Assembly: GCA_043778225.1 (NCBI GenBank)
Contig: JAYWGM010000100.1
Coordinates: 1-12,492, forward strand
DNA: 12,492 nt
DNA from: Deinococcales bacterium
Lineage (GTDB): Bacteria; Deinococcota; Deinococci; Deinococcales; JAAFIG01
Direction of reading: 5' to 3'
Positions 1-8,700 of the stretch are shown in pieces. Position numbers and translations under genes: made by a program. The stretch's first letter is position 1. The number at the start of each line of letters is the position of its first letter. The notes under the pieces were generated by a model. The model was not told where the DNA came from, made no database searches, and saw nothing but the letters and a program-made list of their open reading frames with translations.

Positions 1-20
1 GAGCTATGCGAGTGAACACA

Positions 21-98
21 AAGTACATTGTTGACGAGTGCGGAGACTCTTTGGAGCGAAGCGGAAAATAGTCAAAGCATTTAGTAAACAATGTACTT
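21..98. repeat. Long imperfect inverted repeat/hairpin directly downstream of the aldolase gene (REP-like element and/or terminator)
   Basis: AAGTACATTGTT (21-32) is the exact reverse complement of AACAATGTACTT (87-98). Pairing continues inward with mismatches, and a GCGAAGC mini-hairpin lies near the apex (56-62). Confidence 0.7.
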
Positions 99-978
99 AA
101 ACTAAATCAGCCACACTTTGCAGCAATTTTTCGATGGCAATGTTGGTCTCGGCATCGACATCCAAAAGCGGCGCTCGAGGATAGCCAGCACTGACCTCAA
201 GTAAACGTAAAGCAGCCTTTAAGCCGGGGACACCAAAATCTCGAGTTACGGCATACGACAGTGGGTTGCTGAGGCGTTGAAGCTCGAGGGCGCGTTCCAA
301 GTCCTTAGCATCATAAGCTGCCATAATCGCCTGAAAGACTTTAGGAATGATATTCCCAGCCGCCAGAATTGCGCCATGCGCTCCTACCGATAAGGCGGGC
401 AAAAGGGTTGGCGCATTGCCCGTTAATAGATTAAAACCATTTGGAGTGACTCGAGCAATTTCGGTAAAATTCATGATGTCGCCGCTTGAATCCTTGACCC
501 CAGCCACATTGGGGTGCATTCCCATGCGGCTAAACCAAGCGGGCGCATGGCTAATTCCAGAAACTTGTGGAATGTTATAGACATAGACTGGAATCGGACT
601 CGAGTTCGCCACCGTCATAAAATGGGTCTCGAGAACATTGGGGGTCATGCTGCCACGATTATAAAACGGGGCAATCACCAAGGCGGCATCTGCGCCAGCC
701 TCAGAGGCATCACGGCAGCGTTCAATCACATGAGCCGTGGCTTCGCCACCAGCCCCAGCAATCATGGTTTTATGGGCTGGAATGGCTTCTCTGGCGGCAG
801 CCAGCACCAGTTGGCGTTCGGCTTCATCGAGGTAGGCAGCTTCGCCGTTGCTGCCAAGAATCAAGAAGCCATCGACATTTGGCTCGAGCCATGCAATCAA
901 GTTTTGCAGCGCGGGCAAATCGAGCGAACCATCTTTTTTGAAGGGCGTGGGAACAGGCGGGAACAGTCCTTTTAGCAT
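97..978 (-). CDS. DapA/DHDPS-family class I aldolase, 4-hydroxy-2-oxoglutarate aldolase (HOGA)-like
   Basis: 293 aa with GLFPPVPTPF, GSNGE (HOGA-type, not the DHDPS GTTGE), YNIP, Schiff-base Lys in GVKDSSGD, and C-terminal VTRDFGVPGLK...PRAPL. Confidence 0.88.
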   Translation of the reverse strand: MLKGLFPPVPTPFKKDGSLDLPALQNLIAWLEPNVDGFLILGSNGEAAYLDEAERQLVLAAAREAIPAHKTMIAGAGGEATAHVIERCRDASEAGADAALVIAPFYNRGSMTPNVLETHFMTVANSSPIPVYVYNIPQVSGISHAPAWFSRMGMHPNVAGVKDSSGDIMNFTEIARVTPNGFNLLTGNAPTLLPALSVGAHGAILAAGNIIPKVFQAIMAAYDAKDLERALELQRLSNPLSYAVTRDFGVPGLKAALRLLEVSAGYPRAPLLDVDAETNIAIEKLLQSVADLV

Positions 979-984
979 TTTTGT

Positions 985-993
985 AGTCTAGCA
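985..993 (-). promoter_or_regulatory. Extended -10 element (TGcTAGACT) of a probable leaderless promoter
   Basis: TAGACT ends 6 nt before the ATG at 978. No Shine-Dalgarno is visible. Confidence 0.65.
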
Positions 994-995
994 TT

Positions 996-2072
996 TTATC
1001 TCGCGTTCTCGAGTCTGGCTTGGTCTATTTGCAGGGTCAATACATCCGTCATGTCTAAATATCCATGCTCGAGTTTGGGCAAGCGGGCAGTAATATCCGA
1101 CTCGAGTTTCAAAAAGAACGCCAACTCGTTGGGGTAAGTCACTTCGGGGCGACTGGCAAGCATCGCCGCATGGCGAATTCCTGTGCTGGTGCTGGCTTGT
1201 GAGCCAATCATGATGCCTTTTTGGGCGCTTTGGGCTAGGCTAATCATCTCGAGGCTTTCGGTAAAACCATTGCGTGCTGTTTTGATGTTCAAAATATCGA
1301 AAGTGTCAAAATCGAGTTCGCGCTCCAAGTCGAGCCGTGTAAAACAAGAATCATCAGCAATTATCGGCAAAATTGCTTGGCGTTTTAATTCGGCTCTGGC
1401 TTTGATTTGCCGCACAGGCAGAGGCTCTTCGACATACAAAAGTCCAGCTTTCTGCATGGCTGCTAAAGCCAGAGCAGCTTTTTCTGGCTCGAGTGTTTCG
1501 TTGCTGTCGGCATAGAGCTTGACCATTTCGCCAAACTCGGATTTTAAGGTTTTAATTATCTCGAGATCGCTTTTGGTGTTGCGCCCAACCTTAACTTTTA
1601 AGACCCGCACCCCAGCTTGCACGACTTCCTTGGCTTCTTGCAGCATTGTGTCAAAACTAGCAATACCCAAAATAAAACTGGTCTCGAGTTTGGTTTGTAC
1701 CCCACCAAGTAACGCCAAAAGTGGTGTCTCCAAAAAGGCGGCTCGAGCTTCCCAGAGTGCCATATCGAGTGCGCCTTTGGCGCAATTGTTGTTTGGTAGG
1801 CTCGAGAGTATATTTTGCAGTCCTGCCACATCAGTAATCTCGAGTTCACACAGCCGTGGCTCGAGTAGTCGAATCGCGGCTTTGATGCTGTCGATTGTTT
1901 CGCCATAAATCGTTGGGCGTGGTGGCGCTTCGGCTGTACCAATCATGCCATTTTCGAGGTGAACCCGAATTAAACAATGCTCGGCTCGAGCCAACTGCCC
2001 ATGTTTACCCCAAGCTAGAGGACTTTTGAGGCGCAAAGAAAATGGAGTCACCTCGAGTTTAGAGATTTTCAT
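996..2072 (-). CDS. Enolase superfamily, muconate lactonizing enzyme (MLE) subgroup protein; substrate unknown
   Basis: N-terminal capping domain (GTAEA..P, AKGALDMALWE), KVK motif, metal ligands D (YADSN), E (EEP) and D (ADD), second Lys in NIKTAR. Start placed at ATG 2072 because it forms an ATGA overlap with the upstream stop. Confidence 0.88.
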   Translation of the reverse strand: MKISKLEVTPFSLRLKSPLAWGKHGQLARAEHCLIRVHLENGMIGTAEAPPRPTIYGETIDSIKAAIRLLEPRLCELEITDVAGLQNILSSLPNNNCAKGALDMALWEARAAFLETPLLALLGGVQTKLETSFILGIASFDTMLQEAKEVVQAGVRVLKVKVGRNTKSDLEIIKTLKSEFGEMVKLYADSNETLEPEKAALALAAMQKAGLLYVEEPLPVRQIKARAELKRQAILPIIADDSCFTRLDLERELDFDTFDILNIKTARNGFTESLEMISLAQSAQKGIMIGSQASTSTGIRHAAMLASRPEVTYPNELAFFLKLESDITARLPKLEHGYLDMTDVLTLQIDQARLENAR

Positions 2073-2791
2073 GTTTGCATCCAATCGCGGATATGCTGGG
2101 CGATTTTATCGGCTGGCTCGAGGGTCGTGTCTTGGTACAGCACACGGCGTGGCTCGAGGGTTTGCAAAAACGTATTGGCGGCTTTTGGGTCATAATTTTG
2201 GCGCTCGGTCACGACAATTCGCACCTTGGCTTCGAGTTCGGCTGGGTCAGCCTTGATTGCCTCGAGTTGAGAAATTTCTTGGACTGAAAAAATGTTTTCG
2301 ATTCCTGCTATTTGTGCCAAATTGGTGTTGCGGCGTTGCACCGCATCAAAACCATCGTTGCGCCCTAAAAGACGCTCGACTCGAGTCAGGTCTGGGGCAT
2401 CGAGCGCAATAAATCTGGCTTGAGGAAAGGCTTTGGCGGCATATTCGACTTCGTTTAAGCCGCGCAAACCATCAAATAAAATCGGCGCAGCCAGTGCCAC
2501 ATAAATCTGCTCTAAAGCCTGTGCCATGCCGCCGGGGTGGGTCTGGCGGTAGGTAGCGGTGCGTTCAAAACGGCTTTCGCGGTCAGAAATTTTTTCGCCA
2601 CCAAAAATAACCGCATCAGTCACAACCCGTCGGTCGGGCAGGCTCGAGAAATGAACCCCAAGCTGGTGCAGCGCTTCTAAAGTGGTGCTTTTGCCAACCC
2701 CAGTTACGCCAACCAAAATATAAAACTCGAGGTTTTTCAGGCTCGAGTGATTTGGGGCTAACCCTAAATGCACCCCAGCACTAAGCTGCAT
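2069..2791 (-). CDS. P-loop NTPase / nucleoside-monophosphate-kinase-like protein
   Basis: Walker A GVTGVGKST, ILFDGLRG strand and LDAPDLTRVERL motif typical of the NMP/CoA kinase fold. Start placed at MQLSAG (2791); the track's longer N-terminus is a shadow of the upstream gene. Confidence 0.78.
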   Translation of the reverse strand: MQLSAGVHLGLAPNHSSLKNLEFYILVGVTGVGKSTTLEALHQLGVHFSSLPDRRVVTDAVIFGGEKISDRESRFERTATYRQTHPGGMAQALEQIYVALAAPILFDGLRGLNEVEYAAKAFPQARFIALDAPDLTRVERLLGRNDGFDAVQRRNTNLAQIAGIENIFSVQEISQLEAIKADPAELEAKVRIVVTERQNYDPKAANTFLQTLEPRRVLYQDTTLEPADKIAQHIRDWMQT

Positions 2792-3122
2792 CGCTTTTGA
2801 CCGTTGGGGCTGGAGTTGGTGCGGCGGCTGGTGCTTCGGCTGGTTTGCTGCTTTCGGCTGGTTTACTTTCGCTTTGGGTGTTTGGCTCGCTCGGGCTTTC
2901 GGTTTTGGCTTCCGGTTTGGCGGCTTCGGGCTTGCTGCTGGCGGTGTTTTTTGAGTCGTTGGCATAAAAGCCAGAACCCTTAAAAGAAATCGCAGGTTTG
3001 CCAATCAAGCGCTTGACCGGTTCGCCAGTCTTAGGGTGATGGGTCAGGGCAGCTTCACTGATACGCTGCTCGAGGTTAAAGGTGTCGCCACTTTCGATTC
3101 CTTGGTACAAATAAACGGGCAT
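2781..3122 (-). CDS. FmdB-family (CxxC_CXXC_SSSS-type) putative regulatory protein, Cys-less variant with a Pro/Ala/Ser/Glu-rich tail
   Basis: MPVYLY...F...Q...LTHHPKTG.PVKRLI..PAISFKGSGFYANDS matches the FmdB family pattern. Confidence 0.85.
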   Translation of the reverse strand: MPVYLYQGIESGDTFNLEQRISEAALTHHPKTGEPVKRLIGKPAISFKGSGFYANDSKNTASSKPEAAKPEAKTESPSEPNTQSESKPAESSKPAEAPAAAPTPAPTVKSDAA

Positions 3123-3161
3123 GGTCTAGTTGTAGCATTGATTGTTTTTCTTGCCAAGAGC

Positions 3162-3167
3162 TAAACT
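3162..3167 (+). promoter_or_regulatory. -10 element TAAACT of a probable leaderless promoter
   Basis: Ends 7 nt before ATG 3175. Confidence 0.6.
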
Positions 3168-3174
3168 GCTTTCT

Positions 3175-3414
3175 ATGCCGATTGTTGTTGCGTTTTTGGT
3201 GGTTGGATTGCTGTTTTTGCTTTTGCTGCGCTATGAGCAAAAAAAAGGCTTAAAAGTCAAACGAAGCGAAACCGACTTACAAGCCATGGACGATGGGGCA
3301 ACCTTTGGTGGCTTGGTTGGACAAGCCCAAATGGCAAAAATGGGCATCGAGCCAGATGATGTCCGCCAACGCGAGGATACCGAATTCAAGAAATTTAAGT
3401 TTGACGATGAGTGA
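3175..3414 (+). CDS. Small single-pass membrane protein, hypothetical (79 aa)
   Basis: N-terminal hydrophobic helix (IVVAFLVVGLLFLLLL) followed by a basic patch and a charged tail. It has a -10 box at leaderless spacing and a hairpin after the stop. Confidence 0.7.
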   Translation: MPIVVAFLVVGLLFLLLLRYEQKKGLKVKRSETDLQAMDDGATFGGLVGQAQMAKMGIEPDDVRQREDTEFKKFKFDDE

Positions 3415-3425
3415 AGGTTAAAGCG

Positions 3426-3501
3426 AAGGTTAAAAGGGAAAAAGTAGAAAAGGTCAAAAGCTAAGACCAACTTTTAACCTTTTAACCTTTTAACCTTTTC
3501 C
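3426..3501. terminator. Hairpin built from inverted 8-bp tandem repeats between convergent genes (probable bidirectional terminator)
   Basis: Left arm AAGGTTAA/AAGGGAAA/AAGTAGAA/AAGGTCAA/AAG (3426-3460), loop 3461-3470, right arm CTT(TTAACCTT)x3 TTCC (3471-3501). Confidence 0.7.
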
Positions 3502-3503
3502 AC

Positions 3504-3872
3504 TCACTCCAAAGGTGCATGATAACGAACCTCAGCCTCGAGTCGGCTAAGTGCCAAAAACGCTTCTCGAGTCAGGTGCTTGTGACTTCGCCACGGGCGG
3601 TACTCGCGTTTGCCTTCCATCAGTCCGTAACCTCGCATTCCAAGCTCGAGCCAGCGCACAGTCTTGTTTTCGAGCAGGGCTTGTAGGGTCTCGAGGGCGT
3701 TTTGATGGTCGGTGTCGCCGTAAATCCGAATCGCTCGGGTGTGGGTCTGGTCGTGGGGGTACAACTCGAGTTTGCAAGGCTCGAGCGGGTTTAAAATGGT
3801 GTTTGTCGCTATGGGTTGGACAAAAACCAAGTAGGCATCCAGTTCTGTACCGTGGGTAAAGCGTGGTTTCAT
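3504..3872 (-). CDS. Hypothetical protein (122 aa), translationally coupled to the HD-GYP gene
   Basis: ATGA overlap with the upstream stop (3869-3872), globular composition, ends at the convergent hairpin. No family recognised. Confidence 0.7.
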   Translation of the reverse strand: MKPRFTHGTELDAYLVFVQPIATNTILNPLEPCKLELYPHDQTHTRAIRIYGDTDHQNALETLQALLENKTVRWLELGMRGYGLMEGKREYRPWRSHKHLTREAFLALSRLEAEVRYHAPLE

Positions 3873-5584
3873 GTTTTGGCTCGCTCTCGATTGAGTTTTT
3901 GGCTGATTTTTGTCAGGGCAGCCACAACGCTTGGGTCAAATAAATAATTGCTGTGGGCTTCGATTTCGCCCAAGGCATCTTCAAAAGTCCAAGCGGGCTT
4001 ATAGGGACGCGGGCTGAGGAGGGCATCAAAAGTGTCCGCCACGCCAACAATTCTGCCCACCAAAGGGATTTCTTCGCCGCGTAAACGCCTAGGATAACCC
4101 GAACCATTCCAGCGTTCGTGGTGTGTCAGGGCAATGATTCGTGCCATCTCAAGGAGCGGCGAACCACTGCCCTCGAGCATCTGCGCCCCGAGGGCTGCGT
4201 GGGTTTGCATTAAAGTCCATTCTTCGCGGTCGAGTCCAGATGGCTTAAACAAAATCGAATCTGGAATGGCAATTTTACCAATGTCGTGCAGCCGAGCCGC
4301 AAATTTTAAGCGCTCGGTTTCTTCGTGGCTGAGTCCAAGTTCTTGGGCAATCGCTCCCGAGATTTCACCAACGCGGCTGGTGTGCAAAGAAGTTTCGTTA
4401 TCCCGAAATTCGGCAACTCGAGCCAAGCGCTCAAACAATTCTAAGCGGGTGGCTTCTAAACTCGCCTCGAGTTCGATGTTGCGAAGCCGTTCAATTCGGG
4501 CTTCGAGTTGGGCAGTTTGGACTTTGGTGATTTCGACTTGATTGAGGCTGGCGTTGATTTGCTTTGCCAATGCCCCGAGTTCGTCTGCGCCGCGCACCTG
4601 AACGCGGTGGGTGACATCGCCCGAAAGGGCAATTTGCCCGAGTTCTTGATGTAAGCGGGTTAGCCTCGAGAGTAAGCCAAATTCCAAAAGGGCAAAAATC
4701 AGGGCGGTCACCAGAATCCCAGCAATCAATAAAGACCAGCGCAGGCGCTCGAGGTTATCCTGTGCCGACTGAAAAGTAGTTCGCTCGGTTTGCACCTCGA
4801 GCAACAAAACATTGTCTTGGTTGGGGTCGGTCAGAAGGGTATAGCCGTCTATTTTGGCTTGGCTGATTGGGTCAAAAATTTGTTGTTCTCCATTGCGTAA
4901 ACGTGCCACAATGGCTTGTTGGATTGGACTGAAATCTGGCATTTGTTGTTCGACCAATTGAATTTTAACTTGGGTCAGTTCAGATAATTTTTTCAAGGCT
5001 GCCAAATCGAGTTTTCTGACCATGGTCAGTTGCCCAATGGCAGGGCGCATTTGACTCGAGGGAATAATCGGGGCTTGGGCAACAAAATAAAGGGCATCTT
5101 GGAAAGTCACCAAACCGCTTTTGATTGGCATTTTGGTCATGCGCCGTAAATTTCGGGTGGTTTCGTGCCAAAGCCAGCGCTCTGGGTGAATAAATACCCC
5201 CAAGGCTTCGTAGGAGGCGCGATACTCGGTTAAATTTAAGCGTTGGCGGGTTAATAAAATACGGTCACGCTTTTCGATGATAAAAAATTCAACATTGAGT
5301 ATCTGTAGATTAGAAGTCAGGTTGCGCTCGACAAAGCGAGGATTTTGACCAAGCACATACTCGTAAGCCTCATCAAAAACCGACCAATCAAGGGTGGTGG
5401 TCTCGAGTTGCTGGAGTTCGCCAGTCACAGCATTTTTGGCACGGGTTAAATTGCGGCTCAGGTCGTCGCGCTCGAGTTGCAGAGCGGCACTCAGGCTGCG
5501 TTCTGCCAATAAAGCGTAAACGGTCAGCATCAGGATACAAACACCGATGCTGACCGTTAGAATTGTTTTCAGACGCAAGTTCAC
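3869..5584 (-). CDS. Membrane-bound CHASE4-HAMP-HD-GYP cyclic-dinucleotide phosphodiesterase
   Basis: Two TM helices flank a CHASE4-like sensor (DWSVFDEAYEYV). HAMP (RL..L...GD...RV...GADELGALA), HTSRV, LHDIGK, HHERWNGSGYP, RIVGVADTFDAL and FDP are present. GTG start. Confidence 0.92.
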   Translation of the reverse strand: MNLRLKTILTVSIGVCILMLTVYALLAERSLSAALQLERDDLSRNLTRAKNAVTGELQQLETTTLDWSVFDEAYEYVLGQNPRFVERNLTSNLQILNVEFFIIEKRDRILLTRQRLNLTEYRASYEALGVFIHPERWLWHETTRNLRRMTKMPIKSGLVTFQDALYFVAQAPIIPSSQMRPAIGQLTMVRKLDLAALKKLSELTQVKIQLVEQQMPDFSPIQQAIVARLRNGEQQIFDPISQAKIDGYTLLTDPNQDNVLLLEVQTERTTFQSAQDNLERLRWSLLIAGILVTALIFALLEFGLLSRLTRLHQELGQIALSGDVTHRVQVRGADELGALAKQINASLNQVEITKVQTAQLEARIERLRNIELEASLEATRLELFERLARVAEFRDNETSLHTSRVGEISGAIAQELGLSHEETERLKFAARLHDIGKIAIPDSILFKPSGLDREEWTLMQTHAALGAQMLEGSGSPLLEMARIIALTHHERWNGSGYPRRLRGEEIPLVGRIVGVADTFDALLSPRPYKPAWTFEDALGEIEAHSNYLFDPSVVAALTKISQKLNRERAKT

Positions 5585-5592
5585 GTGAAGCT

Positions 5593-5598
5593 ATTGTA
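5593..5598 (-). promoter_or_regulatory. -10 element TACAAT of a probable leaderless promoter
   Basis: Ends 8 nt before GTG 5584. No SD. Confidence 0.6.
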
Positions 5599-5604
5599 CC
5601 TTAT

Positions 5605-5673
5605 ACCGAATTGACTTCATCACTTTCGTTTGACTAAAAAACAGTCAAACTGTCGTTCTTGTGCCAATTCGGT
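5605..5673. repeat. Nested inverted repeats (MITE/REP-like palindromic element)
   Basis: ACCGAATTG (5605-5613) / CAATTCGGT (5665-5673) enclose GTTTGACT (5628-5635) / AGTCAAAC (5643-5650). Confidence 0.6.
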
Positions 5674-5733
5674 TTTGTTATCACTCCTGTTCTTGACCTA
5701 AACGCGCACCTGACGGGCAAGGTCGCTTCGTCG

Positions 5734-5764
5734 GTCAATCAGTCAAAATACACGACTGATTGAC
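5734..5764 (-). terminator. 11-bp perfect hairpin downstream of the RND gene
   Basis: GTCAATCAGTC-N9-GACTGATTGAC, 11 nt past the RND stop. There is no U-tract on the minus strand, so terminator function is uncertain. Confidence 0.5.
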
Positions 5765-5775
5765 ATAATTTTGAA

Positions 5776-8700
5776 TTAATCTCCAAAGACCTCGAGCATT
5801 TGCTGTTGCTTGGCGGCTTGGGCTTCTAACCCTTTGGATTTGCGTCTGCCGTAGACCGCCAAATACAGGGCTGGCACAACAAATAGGGTCAACATCGTGC
5901 TGGCGGTCAAGCCACCAATCACGGTTAAAGCCAGTGGTTTACCAACAATGCCAGAGCTTGGTCCAAATAACTCGAGTGCGGCTGGCGACAAGGCTAAAAT
6001 GGTGGTTAAAGCAGTCATCACAATTGGACGAACCCGTCTCGAGCCACCTTCGATGATTGCTTGACGTAAATCCATGCCTTTTTGCTGTAATGTGTCCACC
6101 AAGTCTATTAACACAATTGCGTTGGTCACAACAATACCGACCAGCAGCAAAAATCCAAAGAAAACGGCTAAGTCAATCGGTGTTTGGGTGATAAACAACA
6201 ACGGAAACGCCCCAATCACGACCAATGGAATCGAAGCCAGCAACAAAAACGGCGTTAAAAGACTGCGGAAAGTCGCCACCATAATCACGTACACAAGCGC
6301 AATTGCTGCCAGAATCGCCACGCCAAGGGCTTGGAAAGATTCGGCTTGAGCCGCACTGACTCCACCGATTTTCCAAGTTGCGCCTTCGGGCAGGGTTAAA
6401 GCGGCTACGGCTTCGCGTAATTTGCTGGTACTCGAGCCGACGTTATTGCCGACAGGTTCTGCCGTTACAATTGCGGTGCGCTCGCCATCGATACGGCGCA
6501 CACTGCTTGGGGCGGGTTCTTGGGTGACTTCGGCAACTTCGGAAAGTCGAATGCTTGTCCCACCTGAAATCGGACGGAGTTTAAGGTTTTTAAGTTGCTC
6601 GAGCGTCTGGTATGCGCCTCTTGGAGCGCTCAATAAGACCTCGACACTGCTTTCGTTGACACTTAAATTGATGCTCTGAGCGCCTTGCAGTGCCTGACGC
6701 ACTGTGCCACCAACCGCCACTGGAATAATACCTTTTTCGTAAGCCAGTTTTTGATTGACTCGGACTACAAATTCTGGATTGACGGCATCAAGGTTACTCG
6801 AGGGATTCCGTACTTCGGGGACTTTATTAACCGCTGCCAGCACTTGTTCGGTGGCTAACCGCAGGGTTTTGTTGTTGGCGGCTTGAATTTGCACTTCTAA
6901 ATTCTGCGAGAAACCACCGCCACCCGCCCCAGCTTGCACACTGAGTTTGGTATTCGGCACGATTCCAGCCAGTTCTTTTTCGAGCAGTGGCACAAGTTCT
7001 TTGCGGATATTGATTTTTTTACCGTTTAATTCGCCCGGTAAAATCGTAAACGAGGCACTTGAAGTTCCGCCGCCGCCGCCACCCAAGCCATTGTTTCCGC
7101 CAGCACTGCCAATGACGGTTTGGTAGGCTTTGATCTGACCACTTTGGCGCAACGCCTCGAGTTTGGTTTCGACTGCCACAGAACTCTGGTTAATCCGTGC
7201 CAAACGTGTGCCATCTTGGAATTTAAGGCTGACTTCGGCGGTTGCTGCTTCGCCACCACCAACAAAATTGGTTGGAATACCACTCACTAAGGCACTTGTA
7301 CCAATTAAAAGCACCACGGCGGTAATCAGCACAATGGCTTTATGACCAGTTGCCCAAGTGATGGCAGCGCGGTAGGTGCGGGTAAATTTGTCCTCGTCGG
7401 TTTCTTTGGGTGCAGTTTTTAAGAACAGACTCGAGAACAACGGAATGACCGTAAAAGCAACCACCAAACTTGCCAGAATCGAATAGGTTACGGCTAACGC
7501 CAGTGGTCGGAAGAACTCGCCAGCGATTCCCCCCACGAAAGCCAAGGGTAAAAACACGGCAACGGTCGTAATCGTACTGGCAGTAATCGGCACAATCACT
7601 TCTCGAGCGCCTTCATAAGAGGCTTTGAGGGGTGCATCGCCCAGTGCCAAGCGGTGATAGATATTTTCGATCACCACAATTGCATCGTCAATCACACGAC
7701 CAATCGCAATCGCTAAACCACCAAGGGTCAAAACGTTCAGGGTAAAGCCTTGAATTCCTAAGAACAATAAGCCCACCAGAATCGAAAGTGGAATTGAAAT
7801 GGCAGTAATCATCGTGCTGCGTAAATTGCGTAAAAAGATAAAGACGACCAAAACCGCAAACAAACCACCGGCGATACCTTCTTTAATTAAGGATTCGACA
7901 CCTTTGGCAATCGGTTCGCCTTGGTCAGATAAAACCGTAATTTTGCCATCCAAGGCTTTCTCGAGTTCCGCAATTTCTTTTTTGACCGCATTGGCAACGG
8001 TTAAAGTATTGCCCTGTTGGGTCTTAAAAATGCTCAGACCAACCGCCGTCACACCATTGAGGCGGGTATACGACTTAGGGTCTTCGGTGGTCAGTTCAAT
8101 TTTGGCAATTTCGGCGAGTGTGACTGGCACAAGTTTTATACCAGAAGCTGTCGTTGTTCCACCAAAACCACTTGGCGCACCACCAAAGCCGCTTGGAGCG
8201 CCACCGCTCGAGAGACCACTAGGAGCGCTAAAACCACTAGGAGCGCCACCGCTTGGCAATTGAAAAGCTGGCTGAGTGGCAACACTCGAGAAACCACTGG
8301 GAGCGTCACCACTTGGCATTTGAAAACCTGCGGGTGGCTGCCCTGTCGGGGCTTGTCCAGCAAATCCAGCAGAAGCCTGTCCAGCAAAACCTGCTGGCGG
8401 CTGCCCTGTTGGGGTTTGTCCAGCAAAATCTGCTGGTGGCTGCCCTGTTGGGGCTTGTCCAGCAAATCCGGCTGGGGGCTGACTGGTTACTGGGGCTTGA
8501 CCCACTCCACCATCTGGACTTTGAGCAGCTTTCAAAGCCGCCGTGGCTTTGGCATCGGCAGCTTTAGCAGTGGCTAAGGCTTGCCCAGCAATGGCTGTGG
8601 CTTTACCGGCGGCAGTGGCTGCACCTGTGGCAATGCCTCGAGCCGCACTTGCCTGTCCAAGGGCTTGACCCGCTAAACCAGCCGCTTGCCCTGCGGCGGC

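Noticed and set aside
97..978. Calling the aldolase dapA
   Set aside because: It has GSNGE instead of GTTGE and a HOGA-like C-terminus, and no DAP-pathway genes are nearby.
2792..3004. Pro/Lys/Gln-rich N-terminal extension of the 311-aa ORF
   Set aside because: It is an alternate-frame shadow of the FmdB gene's low-complexity tail. The NTPase more plausibly starts at ATG 2791.
5600..5775. c-di-GMP riboswitch upstream of the HD-GYP gene
   Set aside because: No GEMM-type consensus is recognisable, and the gene appears leaderless from a -10 at 5593-5598.
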